Virus record (IMG/VR): IMGVR_UViG_3300037419_000564
Span: 1 to 36,002 of that record
DNA length: 36,002 nt
Source: a virus
Lineage: Duplodnaviria; Caudoviricetes
Strand: one strand, 5' to 3'
Part shown: positions 1 to 8,332 of the stretch, piece after piece
Position numbering within the stretch: the first letter of the stretch is position 1
Layout: every line of letters begins with the position of its first letter
Made by a program: the position numbers and the translations under genes
Notes under the pieces: generated by a model
The model's input: only the letters and a program-made list of their open reading frames with translations
The model's database searches: none
What the model was told of the DNA's origin: nothing

Positions 1-158
1 ACGACCTTGAACCATGCCTCGCCAGTGCCAGGGTGGAGCGGCGACGTTTCGGCGTCGAGCCACCAGGTCGCGCCGTTTCCATCTTCCCCGACGCTTACCC
101 ATCGGCCGTCAACCGTTCCTGCTGGCGCCAATGCGAGCAAGATCGGAAGCAGGATCAA
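1..158 (-). CDS. Secreted/periplasmic protein downstream of the repressor, partial (runs off window start)
   Basis: Manual translation from TTG overlapping the repressor stop (TTGA): MILLPILLALAPAGTVDGRWVSVGEDGNGATWWLDAETSP...; signal-peptide-like N-terminus. Confidence 0.55.
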   Translation of the reverse strand, partial: MILLPILLALAPAGTVDGRWVSVGEDGNGATWWLDAETSPLHPGTGEAWFKV

Positions 159-865
159 AACACTTCCCCGACAACCTTGTGGATCTTCGCCACGCGCTCG
201 ACTTCGACCCGGAACGTCACGTCAGGGTTGAATTGACGAAGCTCAATATAGGAGGCGGTGCGCCGGACGAGCTCCTTGATAAGCACCAGCGCGACCCGAT
301 CGGCCTCCTGGTCTTCCCCATTGCCGCGGAGTTGGACGATAACATCGTCGCCTATGGAAACGGTGGCTCGGGGGCTGACGATCACCCTCCGCCCCGGCCT
401 AAAGCGAGGCCACATCGAATCGCCGACTATCGTCACCGCATATGCCTGAGTGTCGTGTTCGAGACTGGCTGGGCGGCGGACATGATCGAGCACGTCCGCC
501 ATGTCGACTTCGGTAAGCTCTATATCCCGCTCGGGATCAAACGCTGTCATCGCCATTGCCGACCCCATCACAGGGATGGCCGGCAGCTCGCCCGAGCCGT
601 ATTTTTCTTCGAACGGCCGATCTCCGCGAGAGGAAACCTCCGAACGAATATTGTTGTTCCGCGTTAGAAACGGAGGGTAATCGGGAAAGCGCTCGCGCAG
701 CTTGGCGACGGTCTGGCGGCTCAGTCGCGTCGTTGCCTTGCCGTTGTAGTGACGAGTGATTGTCGTCGCCGCGGCGCCAATCTCCGCCGCCACGCGGCTC
801 GGCGCGAGACCGGCCCAATCGACAAGCTCTTTGATGAGGCGATGATCTTCAGCGAGCCCTTCCAT
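155..865 (-). CDS. cI: CI-like phage repressor (HTH plus S24 peptidase)
   Basis: N-terminal HTH (PSRVAAEIGAAATTITRHY) and S24 motifs VGDSMWPRF and LIKEL; divergent from a cro-like gene. Start placed at ATG 865 (MEGLAE) because the longer ORF start at 931 runs through the operators. Confidence 0.9.
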   Translation of the reverse strand: MEGLAEDHRLIKELVDWAGLAPSRVAAEIGAAATTITRHYNGKATTRLSRQTVAKLRERFPDYPPFLTRNNNIRSEVSSRGDRPFEEKYGSGELPAIPVMGSAMAMTAFDPERDIELTEVDMADVLDHVRRPASLEHDTQAYAVTIVGDSMWPRFRPGRRVIVSPRATVSIGDDVIVQLRGNGEDQEADRVALVLIKELVRRTASYIELRQFNPDVTFRVEVERVAKIHKVVGEVF

Positions 866-875
866 CGCCAAGATA

Positions 876-953
876 TTAGCAGCGATGCTAACGGCACGCT
901 CTGTGCAAGGTTGCAAATTTATTGTTTGCATAGCGTAGCAATCCTGCTAAAGA
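876..953. promoter_or_regulatory. Immunity operators (three palindromes) and divergent promoters
   Basis: TTAGCA-gcga-TGCTAA (876-891), TGTGCA-aggt-TGCAAA (902-917), GTAGCA-atcc-TGCTAA (935-950). Candidate rightward -35 TTGCAT (926-931) and -10 TAAAGA (948-953). Confidence 0.8.
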
Positions 954-960
954 GGCCTTC

Positions 961-1182
961 ATGGACCAGCAGGACATTATCGCGACGATCGAAGAGCGCG
1001 CCGCCAAGCTACAGCTCTCGATCAGTGAGGTTTGTCAGGAAGCAGGGGTCCACCCCACAACGTTCTCGCGCTGGAAAAAGAGCGACAAGAACCCTCAGCC
1101 GATAGGCGCTACCTTAAAGAGCCTGTCCGCGATCACAGCAGTTCTTGATCGCCGTGAAGGCGAACAACTCCGCGCGGCGTAG
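961..1182 (+). CDS. cro: Cro-like XRE HTH protein
   Basis: 73 aa, HTH SISEVCQEAGVHPTTFSRWK, divergent from the repressor. Confidence 0.85.
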   Translation: MDQQDIIATIEERAAKLQLSISEVCQEAGVHPTTFSRWKKSDKNPQPIGATLKSLSAITAVLDRREGEQLRAA

Positions 1183-1315
1183 AGCCATGCAGGCGGGGAA
1201 ACACATCACATCGCGCACCATCGCCGAGTCCCCACCCGGCAGCTCCCTGGCGCGCGTTCGGGCGACTAGCAGCGTATCGTTCGTCGCCCGTCATATTCTG
1301 GCGGATTGCTGAGCG

Positions 1316-1930
1316 ATGGGCGGGGAAAGCAGCATCGTTGCCGCGCTCTACGTTCAGACCGGAGGTTGTTACTTCAGTCTGCCGTATGTCGACCCTTGGG
1401 ACGAGGCTCGGGATGCACGGCTCTACGACGGGCCTTATCCCGTCGTCGCTCATCCGCCTTGCGCTCGCTGGTGCCAACTCGCGCCCGTCAATCAGGCGCG
1501 ATACGGCTTGGCGATCGGAGATGACGGCGGGTGTTTTGCCGCCGCATTGAGCGCTGTTCGTCGTTTCGGAGGCATTCTCGAGCATCCTGCCGTCTCGATC
1601 GCGTGGCGGACATTCGGCCTCGCCAAGCCACCCAAGGCGGGTTGGAGGCGCTCCCCGTGCGGCGGATATGTCGCTCAGGTGGAGCAGCGGAATTATGGGC
1701 ACCCTGCTCGCAAGGCAACGTGGCTTTACGCGTTCGGTACAGACCTGCCGCAGTTGAAATGGGGCAAGGGTCCGGCACCGGAGGCGTGGATTAGCGCCGA
1801 CCGTCCGCGGTCGCAGTTGGGCCATGTGCGCCAACTTCAAAAGCAAGAGGCATCGGCCTCTCCACCTGAGTTCCGCGACCTCCTGTTGAGCATCGCTCGC
1901 AGCGCCCGTGTCCGCGCTGAGGCCGCCTAG
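1316..1930 (+). CDS. Short, divergent DNA cytosine-C5 methyltransferase-like protein
   Basis: VVAHPPC (motif IV-like), ILEHP (motif VI-like), QRNYGHPARKATWL (motif VIII-like); no clear FxGxG motif. Confidence 0.55.
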   Translation: MGGESSIVAALYVQTGGCYFSLPYVDPWDEARDARLYDGPYPVVAHPPCARWCQLAPVNQARYGLAIGDDGGCFAAALSAVRRFGGILEHPAVSIAWRTFGLAKPPKAGWRRSPCGGYVAQVEQRNYGHPARKATWLYAFGTDLPQLKWGKGPAPEAWISADRPRSQLGHVRQLQKQEASASPPEFRDLLLSIARSARVRAEAA

Positions 1931-2161
1931 ATGCGCCGCCCCACCATCATCATCGCCTCTGCCTCCATTGGAGGTCTTGCTTATGCAGCATTCGCTTTTG
2001 CGCGTGTGGGGAAGGCGATCGATGAGGCGTGGGCCTTCGGTGATCTGCCGTTTCTTCCTGAGGGAATTGAGGCGGCCACCGGGAACCGGGCGGGGAGCGG
2101 GCTGGCAGGCAGCCGCCTCGTTGCAGGTCAGGATCGCACCCATGACAGGAGCCGCTTCTAG
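1931..2161 (+). CDS. Hypothetical protein with N-terminal hydrophobic segment
   Basis: Abuts both neighbouring genes; IIIASASIGGLAYAAFAFA. Confidence 0.5.
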   Translation: MRRPTIIIASASIGGLAYAAFAFARVGKAIDEAWAFGDLPFLPEGIEAATGNRAGSGLAGSRLVAGQDRTHDRSRF

Positions 2162-2529
2162 TGGCCTCGCTCCCGCAAGTCTGCGGCTTATTCCCGCCGC
2201 CGGAGCGCACCGATGCGCTCAACGCCATATCGAAAACCCTCTTCCTGATCCGGCGCCGCTACTCGCTGAGTGCCAAGGAAATTGCCCGTTCGCTCAAGAA
2301 CAGCGACGGCACCGAACCTCACGCGGACACGATCGAACGCGCTGAGCGCCGCGAAAACCTGCTCAGCTTCGACCTCGTGACGCAGCTAGCGTTCATCTAC
2401 CGCGAGTGTGCCGACCCAATCCGCGCCCTGCTTGACCCCGCGCCAACTGGCGAACCCACCACCCTTGAAGAGCGCCTTGAGCGAATTGAGCGCGAGGCTG
2501 CCGCCATCCGGCAGGAGATTGCGGCATGA
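2161..2529 (+). CDS. HTH DNA-binding protein, CII-like by position
   Basis: LSAKEIARSL...HADTIERAE HTH-like segment plus C-terminal coiled coil; downstream of cro. Confidence 0.6.
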   Translation: MASLPQVCGLFPPPERTDALNAISKTLFLIRRRYSLSAKEIARSLKNSDGTEPHADTIERAERRENLLSFDLVTQLAFIYRECADPIRALLDPAPTGEPTTLEERLERIEREAAAIRQEIAA

Positions 2530-2669
2530 TTGGCCGCTTCCTCGCTCGGCTTGCAGCCCGTCGTCTCTCAAACCACGGCCACGATCTATCCCGTGAACGC
2601 ATCAAGGCGAAGGCTCGGCAAATTCGCGCCGAGCTTGGCCTTGCTCCTGACCGGCGACTGGTGCCGTAG
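2526..2669 (+). CDS. Small basic hypothetical protein (47 aa)
   Basis: Manual translation MIGRFLARLAARRLSNHGHDLSRERIKAKARQIRAELGLAPDRRLVP; ATGA overlap upstream, ends 2 nt before the next start. Confidence 0.6.
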   Translation: MIGRFLARLAARRLSNHGHDLSRERIKAKARQIRAELGLAPDRRLVP

Positions 2670-2671
2670 CC

Positions 2672-3043
2672 GTGGCGGCGGGGAAAATCAGCCTATCCGA
2701 AAGTGCCATCCAGCAGCAGGTGCGGAGCTGTCTCGCGGCACTTGGTATCGACGCCGTTCATGTCCCGAACGGAAGCGTGCTCGCTGGTGACGCCAAAGCT
2801 CGCGCGATCCAATCGAATGCCCTGAAGAAGGCCGGCGTCATGCCCGGTTTCCCCGATCTCATCCTGTTCGATCGCCGAGCGCGCCGTGTCGGCTTCCTCG
2901 AGGTCAAATCGGCGAAGGGCAGGGTCCAACCATCCCAAGAGCAATTCGCAAAGCAATATGCGCCCGTCTGGGGCTGGCCTTACGCGGTTATCAAGTCGGT
3001 CGATGATGCGCGCGAAGCCCTTCAATCCTGGGGGTGGCGCTGA
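2672..3043 (+). CDS. VRR-NUC domain nuclease (resolvase-like)
   Basis: SESAIQ...HVPNG...GVMPGFPDL...FLEVKSAKGRVQPSQ, PD-(D/E)xK pattern. Confidence 0.88.
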   Translation: MAAGKISLSESAIQQQVRSCLAALGIDAVHVPNGSVLAGDAKARAIQSNALKKAGVMPGFPDLILFDRRARRVGFLEVKSAKGRVQPSQEQFAKQYAPVWGWPYAVIKSVDDAREALQSWGWR

Positions 3044-3594
3044 TGTTCAAGGGTTTCAACCCGGACCTCGTGGGCCAATCTTTTAACAGGCTCACTGTCA
3101 GCGGACTCTCAAGGCGCGATGGCAAGCACCGCATTTATTATCGGTGCGAATGCGTGTGCGGCGGCCAGATTGAAGCACAAGAATATAACCTTCGTCACAG
3201 CAAAACGAAGAGCTGCGGCTGTCTGCGAAAGGAGTGGGAGGCGCGGCCCGCTAGCAGGCGCTCGGTCATGAACGTCATCAGGCGAGGCTATATCCGCCAT
3301 GCGAACAGGCGAGGGCATTCTTTCGACCTTACGACGGAGCGGTTTGAAGCACTAATTCAGCAGGAGTGCCACTACTGCGGAAACCCGGCAGGGAACGCCA
3401 TCTCTCGCCACGGTCTCGAGCTTCACTACAACGGCATCGACCGGCTAGATTCGGCTAAGGGATACGTTGAGGGTAACGTCGTCCCCTGCTGCGGGCACTG
3501 CAACAAGGCCAAGCTAAACCTCTCGCACGACGACTTCCTACGCCTCGTGGGCAGGATAGCCGCGAAGCACGGCATTGTGGGAGTCGTCGCATGA
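3043..3594 (+). CDS. HNH-type endonuclease
   Basis: DLVGQSFNRLTV, CECVCG, KSCGC at the N-terminus; CHYCG...GIDRLDSAKGYVEGNVVPCCGHCNKAK at the C-terminus; TGATG coupling. Confidence 0.85.
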   Translation: MFKGFNPDLVGQSFNRLTVSGLSRRDGKHRIYYRCECVCGGQIEAQEYNLRHSKTKSCGCLRKEWEARPASRRSVMNVIRRGYIRHANRRGHSFDLTTERFEALIQQECHYCGNPAGNAISRHGLELHYNGIDRLDSAKGYVEGNVVPCCGHCNKAKLNLSHDDFLRLVGRIAAKHGIVGVVA

Positions 3595-4160
3595 CCGGCG
3601 CCGAACTCGCGACCGAGCTCGAAGCTCTCCTCGCCTCCAACCCGCGCCTCTCGAAATGGCGCACGGGCAATTATCTGTTCAGCAGCCGCTACGGAATCGG
3701 AACGCTCCGCAAGACGAAGCTCGTCCGCCAGGCGACGATCATCAAGGTTCGCGCGTTCATCGCCAACCCGCCCGCGGAAGCATTCAAGCGGCCGTCGACC
3801 GGAAGCCGCGGCAGGACTCCTTGCTCCGCCGAAGCCAATGAGCGCCGCAAGGCGAGCATCCGCCGGTCTGTTTCACGCAAAGCTAGAGCGTTGATTGCCG
3901 GTGACGAAAGCATTCTCACTACTGGGGGCAGGGTCAACCAGACGGTCGCCACGGCAATGGTCGCGATCCGGGCGACGATGGAAGCCGAGCGCAGGGCAAC
4001 AGATCCAATCGAACAGGCACTTCTGAAGATCAGGCGGTCTCGGCGCATAGTCTATCGGGCCAGCGTCCACGGTGGCCCTCCTGACCGGTTCTATGTGAGC
4101 GGGAAGGGCAGAGAGACGATCGGAATCCCCGAGCTGCTGAAGATGGCGGAGGCGGCGTAA
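3591..4160 (+). CDS. Basic hypothetical protein, possibly DNA-binding
   Basis: 189 aa ORF with ATGA and TAATG couplings. Confidence 0.7.
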   Translation: MTGAELATELEALLASNPRLSKWRTGNYLFSSRYGIGTLRKTKLVRQATIIKVRAFIANPPAEAFKRPSTGSRGRTPCSAEANERRKASIRRSVSRKARALIAGDESILTTGGRVNQTVATAMVAIRATMEAERRATDPIEQALLKIRRSRRIVYRASVHGGPPDRFYVSGKGRETIGIPELLKMAEAA

Positions 4161-4342
4161 TGGGCGAGGTCGTTCAAATCGCCGAGCGCAGCGAAGTCGA
4201 CGCCGCATGGCAGGCTTTCCAGAAACACGCCCAGCGCTCGTTCGATGACCGCTCGCTGATCCTCAACCGCGGCTACATGGAAGAGTGGGCTCGGCTCGAG
4301 GCCAGGTTCAAGCGGCTCTCGCTCATGCCGAGGGCCCATTGA
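4160..4342 (+). CDS. Hypothetical protein
   Basis: 60 aa, translationally coupled at both ends. Confidence 0.65.
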   Translation: MGEVVQIAERSEVDAAWQAFQKHAQRSFDDRSLILNRGYMEEWARLEARFKRLSLMPRAH

Positions 4343-5700
4343 TGAACATGCCCGCGCCCATTCAACCGCCCGAGCCGATCCAGAACATCGAGACCGAGAT
4401 GGCGCTTATCTCGGCGCTCCTGCTCGACAATCGCCAAATCGACCGGGTGGCCGATATCGTGAAGCCAGAGGACTTCGCGGACCCCTTCACCCGAGAGGTT
4501 TATGAGCTTGCGCTGCACGAACGCAATCTCGGCAACGCCGTCCATGTCGCTGGCCTCCGTCGAGCGCTTGGAGATGATAAGGCGCGGATGCTCGCCACCC
4601 TTACCGCGGGGAGCGGAACGCACCTGATCGGCGCCACTGACTTCGCAAGAGAGGTCCACGAGCTCGGCCGCAAGCGCCGCATCGTCGATGGCGTCCGCGG
4701 CATTCTCGACGAGGCGCAGATCATTGGTCTCGGCAGGGAAACGACCGCAGACGAATTGGCCGGTGACATCGAAACCGTCTTGGCCGACGCGAACGACGAA
4801 CAAGCCTGCAGGGAATCCACGGCGGCCGAGGCGATCGGACGCATGGTGGACGGCCTTCACGACAGCGAAACCGGTGTCACCAGCGGCATTGTTAGCCTGG
4901 ACACTTCTCTCGGCGCGTTGCGTCCCGGCAACCTCATCATCGTCGGCGGTCGCCCTGGGATGGGCAAGTCTGCGCTCGCCTCCTCCTATGCTCTAGGTGC
5001 CGCAGCCCGTCGTCACGGAACGCTCTTCATCAGCCGAGAAATGAGCGAGGAAGAGCTTGCCGAGCGCATGGCCTGCGACCTGTGCTTCGACAGCGAACTC
5101 CAGATTCCTTATTCGGCCGTCACCGACCGTCGGATCACCGTCGAGCAAGGGCGGCAAATCGCCCGAGCGGCGGATATGGTCCGCGACCTTCCTCTCGTGA
5201 TCGTCGACAAGGGCGGCGACACGCTCGGCAAGCTGAACGCGTTGGTCCGCCGGCACAAGCGGCGCTTCGCAGCGCGCAACAACAGGCTCGAGCTGGTGGT
5301 CGTGGATTACCTCCAGCTGGTCAGCCCGGATGCTCGTGAAAAAGACCTCTACACTCGCGTCTCAGAGGTCAGCAAAGGGTTGAAGTCGCTCGCCAAGAAC
5401 CATGATGTCTCCGTCATGGCTCTGTGCCAACTCAGCCGGAAGGTCGAAGAGCGCAAGGACCGTCGGCCGCAGATGTCCGACCTGCGCGACAGCGGCCAGA
5501 TCGAACAGGACGCGGACGCGATCCTGTTCCTCTACGCTCCTGAATATTATCTCCTGCAGGAAGAGCCGTCGCCGGAGCGCGATGCAGCGCTGCTTGAGGA
5601 AACCGGGAAGCTCGAGTTCATCGTCGCCAAGCGGCGCCGCGGCCCCGGCGGGCTCGCCTACGGCAAGTTCTACAGATCATTCCAGGCGGTGCGGGGGTGA
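4342..5700 (+). CDS. dnaB: Replicative DnaB-like helicase
   Basis: Walker A GGRPGMGKS, VVVDYLQL, LCQLSRKVE, DLRDSGQIEQDAD; start at TGATG overlap 4342. Confidence 0.95.
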   Translation: MNMPAPIQPPEPIQNIETEMALISALLLDNRQIDRVADIVKPEDFADPFTREVYELALHERNLGNAVHVAGLRRALGDDKARMLATLTAGSGTHLIGATDFAREVHELGRKRRIVDGVRGILDEAQIIGLGRETTADELAGDIETVLADANDEQACRESTAAEAIGRMVDGLHDSETGVTSGIVSLDTSLGALRPGNLIIVGGRPGMGKSALASSYALGAAARRHGTLFISREMSEEELAERMACDLCFDSELQIPYSAVTDRRITVEQGRQIARAADMVRDLPLVIVDKGGDTLGKLNALVRRHKRRFAARNNRLELVVVDYLQLVSPDAREKDLYTRVSEVSKGLKSLAKNHDVSVMALCQLSRKVEERKDRRPQMSDLRDSGQIEQDADAILFLYAPEYYLLQEEPSPERDAALLEETGKLEFIVAKRRRGPGGLAYGKFYRSFQAVRG

Positions 5701-6455
5701 GTGGGTATGCGCATATCCACCGCAGCCTCTTGGGCCATCCTGCGTTCCGCAACGATGCAGAGGCGATGGCCTTCGCGTGGCTCGTCGTGAAAGCCGCGTG
5801 GAAACAGGTCCGCGTCCGCTACAAGGATCGCGCCATCGTGCTTGAGCGGGGACAAATCGCGATCAGCGTCCGCGACTTTGCCCAGGCGATGGATCGCGAC
5901 AAGGCGTGGATTGAGCGACTTTTGAAACGCCTCAGAGCCGAGGCAATGGTCGAGACGCTGCATGAGACAGGCGTCAATGTCATAACCATCTGTAACTACG
6001 AGGTTTATCAGGCTCAGAAAGACACTCGCAAGACATCGGGCGAGACACTTGCCGAGACAGAAGCGAGACAGGGGCGAGACACAGAACAAGAAAGGGAAGA
6101 AGGTAATATACCCCCCATAGCCCCCCGCAAGCGAGGGGCTGGAAAGCATTTGCTACCGGACGATTGGGAATTGCCACCGATCGCGGAGCTTACCCCGAAG
6201 GCCAAGGAGTGCGCCGAGCAATGGCCGGAGGGCGCTTACGAACGCGAAGGCGAGGCGTTCGTGTGCTTCTGGCGCTCCCGCCGCCGCATGATGAGCGACT
6301 GGCGGCTCACCTGGGCAAACCGCGTGATCGACCAGCACGGAAAGGTGATCCGGGAGGCGCAACAGCAGTCGCGCTCGCGCCCAGCAGAGCCGCCGAAGTT
6401 TTCCTCCATCTACCTCGAAGAGCAGCGGCGCAAAGCCGCCGCGGGAGCCCACTGA
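5697..6455 (+). CDS. Phage replication initiator (lambda O-like role)
   Basis: GYAHIHRSL...LERGQ...ITICNYEVYQ N-domain, low-complexity linker carrying iterons, LPDDW...DWRLTWANRV C-domain. Confidence 0.8.
   Translation: MSGYAHIHRSLLGHPAFRNDAEAMAFAWLVVKAAWKQVRVRYKDRAIVLERGQIAISVRDFAQAMDRDKAWIERLLKRLRAEAMVETLHETGVNVITICNYEVYQAQKDTRKTSGETLAETEARQGRDTEQEREEGNIPPIAPRKRGAGKHLLPDDWELPPIAELTPKAKECAEQWPEGAYEREGEAFVCFWRSRRRMMSDWRLTWANRVIDQHGKVIREAQQQSRSRPAEPPKFSSIYLEEQRRKAAAGAH
6020..6110 (+). repeat. Iteron array and purine-rich tract, putative replication origin
   Basis: AGACA at 6020, 6031, 6043, 6055, 6066, 6077 (11-12 bp spacing; the last four are CGAGACA), followed by an A/G-rich tract and TAATATA. 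Confidence 0.7.
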
Positions 6456-6613
6456 TGAGCATATTCCCGAAACGCCGCACCACCGCTCTCATCAGCTCCT
6501 TCGGATCAATCGCAGCAATAGCCTTTGCCGGCTGTCTGTTCATGATTGGTGTTGCGAATGTGATCGAGGGAATTGGGTGCTGCAGGCAATCGGAGAGGGA
6601 GGGATCATGCTGA
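6455..6613 (+). CDS. Small membrane protein
   Basis: TGATG coupling; MSIFPKRRTTALISSFGSIAAIAFAGCLFMIGV... Confidence 0.5.
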   Translation: MSIFPKRRTTALISSFGSIAAIAFAGCLFMIGVANVIEGIGCCRQSEREGSC

Positions 6614-7092
6614 TGGCTGTGCCGCGTAGCGTTACGGAGGTTCGCAAGCTGGCGAATGCACCACTGAGCACGATCGAAAGCATCGCGCTGGAGTGCATCC
6701 GGCAGATCGCGAGCGAAGGCAGGCGAGCGACGAAGGCTGAAATCTGCGCCGCGATCGGGTCGGACAATTACGAAGGCGGGACCGTCTCCGGCGTGATCGG
6801 TCGTCTCGAATCGAAGGGCTATATCCAGCGCGAGACCTATCAGCGGGGAATGAAACTTTGCATAGTCGCCACCGGCCAATGCACCGCGCCGCCGCGGGAC
6901 ACATCGCCCCACTGGCGCCTACGAACGGAAAGCGTCCCGACGCCTGCGATTCAAGCGGTCCGCGAAAGGAATAAACCCGTTTCAGCGATGATCGAAGCCG
7001 AGGCCCGTCAGCTCGGAAAGCAACCGGCCGAGTTTCTGGCCGATCTCGTTTACATCGGCTGGCACGAATACCAGGCTGAGAAAGGCGAATGA
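6607..7092 (+). CDS. Winged-helix DNA-binding protein, candidate late regulator
   Basis: TKAEICAAIG...TVSGVIGRLESKGYIQR wHTH signature; SD GGAGGG before ATG 6607; sits between the replication and packaging genes. Confidence 0.65.
   Translation: MLMAVPRSVTEVRKLANAPLSTIESIALECIRQIASEGRRATKAEICAAIGSDNYEGGTVSGVIGRLESKGYIQRETYQRGMKLCIVATGQCTAPPRDTSPHWRLRTESVPTPAIQAVRERNKPVSAMIEAEARQLGKQPAEFLADLVYIGWHEYQAEKGE
6946..6977 (+). promoter_or_regulatory. GCGATTCAA-type putative late promoter (internal to the wHTH gene)
   Basis: GCGATTCAA-N17-TAAACC; spacer is one base shorter than in the other copies. Confidence 0.5.
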
Positions 7093-7292
7093 TGCCGGGA
7101 GTGTGGAACATCAACGTCGAAGCTCCCAACGGCGCGAAGGCTCATTTCACTTTCGACACGGGCAAGAGCAAAGACCCGTTCGGCGATATGACGCGCCAGT
7201 TCAGCGAGCTCGTCTGCCGAATGCCCGAGCACGATCCCGAACTGATGACCGAAGCAGGCCGCGTCCAACCGCGAAGGCAGGCACAGGGATGA
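7089..7292 (+). CDS. Hypothetical protein
   Basis: 67 aa, ATGA overlaps at both ends. Confidence 0.6.
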   Translation: MMPGVWNINVEAPNGAKAHFTFDTGKSKDPFGDMTRQFSELVCRMPEHDPELMTEAGRVQPRRQAQG

Positions 7293-7630
7293 TCGCTTTC
7301 CTCTGCCTCGTCGCGTCCGTGACCGACGGCGACACATTCCGCTGCGCTAACGGAACGCGCGTCCGTCTTGCCGGGATAGACGCACCCGAAATGCCGACGC
7401 ACTGCGCCCGCTGGCGCCAATGCACCCCCGGCGACCCCTATGCTGCGAAACGCGCCCTCACCATTCTCATTCAAAGCAAGACGCTGACCTGCCAATCGCT
7501 CGGCACAAGCTACGACCGCATTCTCGCAACCTGCCGCATCGGCTCATTCGAACCCGCCTGCTACATGGTCACTCACGGCTATGCTGTGAAACGCTACAGC
7601 GAAAGCTGGAGGGTGTGCCGGCGTGGGTAG
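7289..7630 (+). CDS. Thermonuclease (SNase-like) family protein
   Basis: VTDGDTF...RVRLAGIDAPEM...SYDRILATC...GYA. Confidence 0.88.
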   Translation: MIAFLCLVASVTDGDTFRCANGTRVRLAGIDAPEMPTHCARWRQCTPGDPYAAKRALTILIQSKTLTCQSLGTSYDRILATCRIGSFEPACYMVTHGYAVKRYSESWRVCRRG

Positions 7631-8075
7631 ACCAAGCACCTTCACTCAAAAGATAGCGGATGAGATCGCTGAGCGTATCGGCAATGGCGAGCCGCTGGCC
7701 CAAATATGCCGCGACGATCACATGCCAGCATTGCGAACGGTCTATGATTGGCAAGACGCACACGAGGATTTTGCCGCAAGCATCGCCCGCGCGCGTGATG
7801 CGGGTTACGATCACATTGCGGTCGACGCGCTGAAAATCCTCGACGAGCAGCCCGAGCGCGTTGTCACCATTACCGGCGACGACCGCTCGGAAAGCAGGAT
7901 CGACAGCGCATCCGTGCAATGGGCGAAGAACCGCTTCGAAGGCCGGTTGAAGCTGCTCGCGAAATGGGACGCCCGCCGATACGGCGACAAGCTCGACCTG
8001 ACCTCGGGCGGCGAAAAGCTCGGACTGTCGGCTGAACTCGAAGCGGCCCGGCGCCGGACAGCGGAGGAAGGCTGA
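7623..8075 (+). CDS. terS: Terminase small subunit
   Basis: MGRPSTFTQKIADEIAERIGNGEPLAQICRDDHMP..TVYDW...RRYGDK, Sf6-type TerS pattern. Confidence 0.9.
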   Translation: MGRPSTFTQKIADEIAERIGNGEPLAQICRDDHMPALRTVYDWQDAHEDFAASIARARDAGYDHIAVDALKILDEQPERVVTITGDDRSESRIDSASVQWAKNRFEGRLKLLAKWDARRYGDKLDLTSGGEKLGLSAELEAARRRTAEEG

Positions 8076-8329
8076 TGTGTTTCGGCGGCGGTTACGGCAC
8101 CAACATCAATACCCCGATCGATCCCAACGACCCTCGGGCGAAGAGGGCTCGAGGATGGGCGCTAATCGGCACCGCGATTGCGGCAGGTCAGGGGAACCGG
8201 CAGGCACAAGCCAATCTGGCGACGTTCAGGAGTAATTTCCGGGCGGCTCATGGTGGGATGACGGCTGCACAGCTGGTTTCGCAGCGGAGCGCGCTCGGCG
8301 GCACTGGAACAACTGTCCTGGGCGGATGA
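8075..8329 (+). CDS. Small Met-Cys...LGG protein, putative virion/ejection protein
   Basis: MCFGGG...GTTVLGG; TGATG coupling to terS; C-terminus matches the 10816..11019 protein. Confidence 0.7.
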   Translation: MCFGGGYGTNINTPIDPNDPRAKRARGWALIGTAIAAGQGNRQAQANLATFRSNFRAAHGGMTAAQLVSQRSALGGTGTTVLGG

Positions 8330-8332
8330 ACG

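Noticed and set aside
14-667. 217-aa plus-strand ORF
   Set aside because: Antisense shadow of the repressor gene; no recognisable motifs.
1187-1312. 41-codon ORF MQAGKHITSRT... between cro and the methyltransferase-like gene
   Set aside because: Fills the gap but has no clear SD or motif; not enough support to call.
1133-2143. 336-aa minus-strand ORF
   Set aside because: Antisense to coupled plus-strand genes; Arg/Pro-rich composition typical of high-GC shadow frames.
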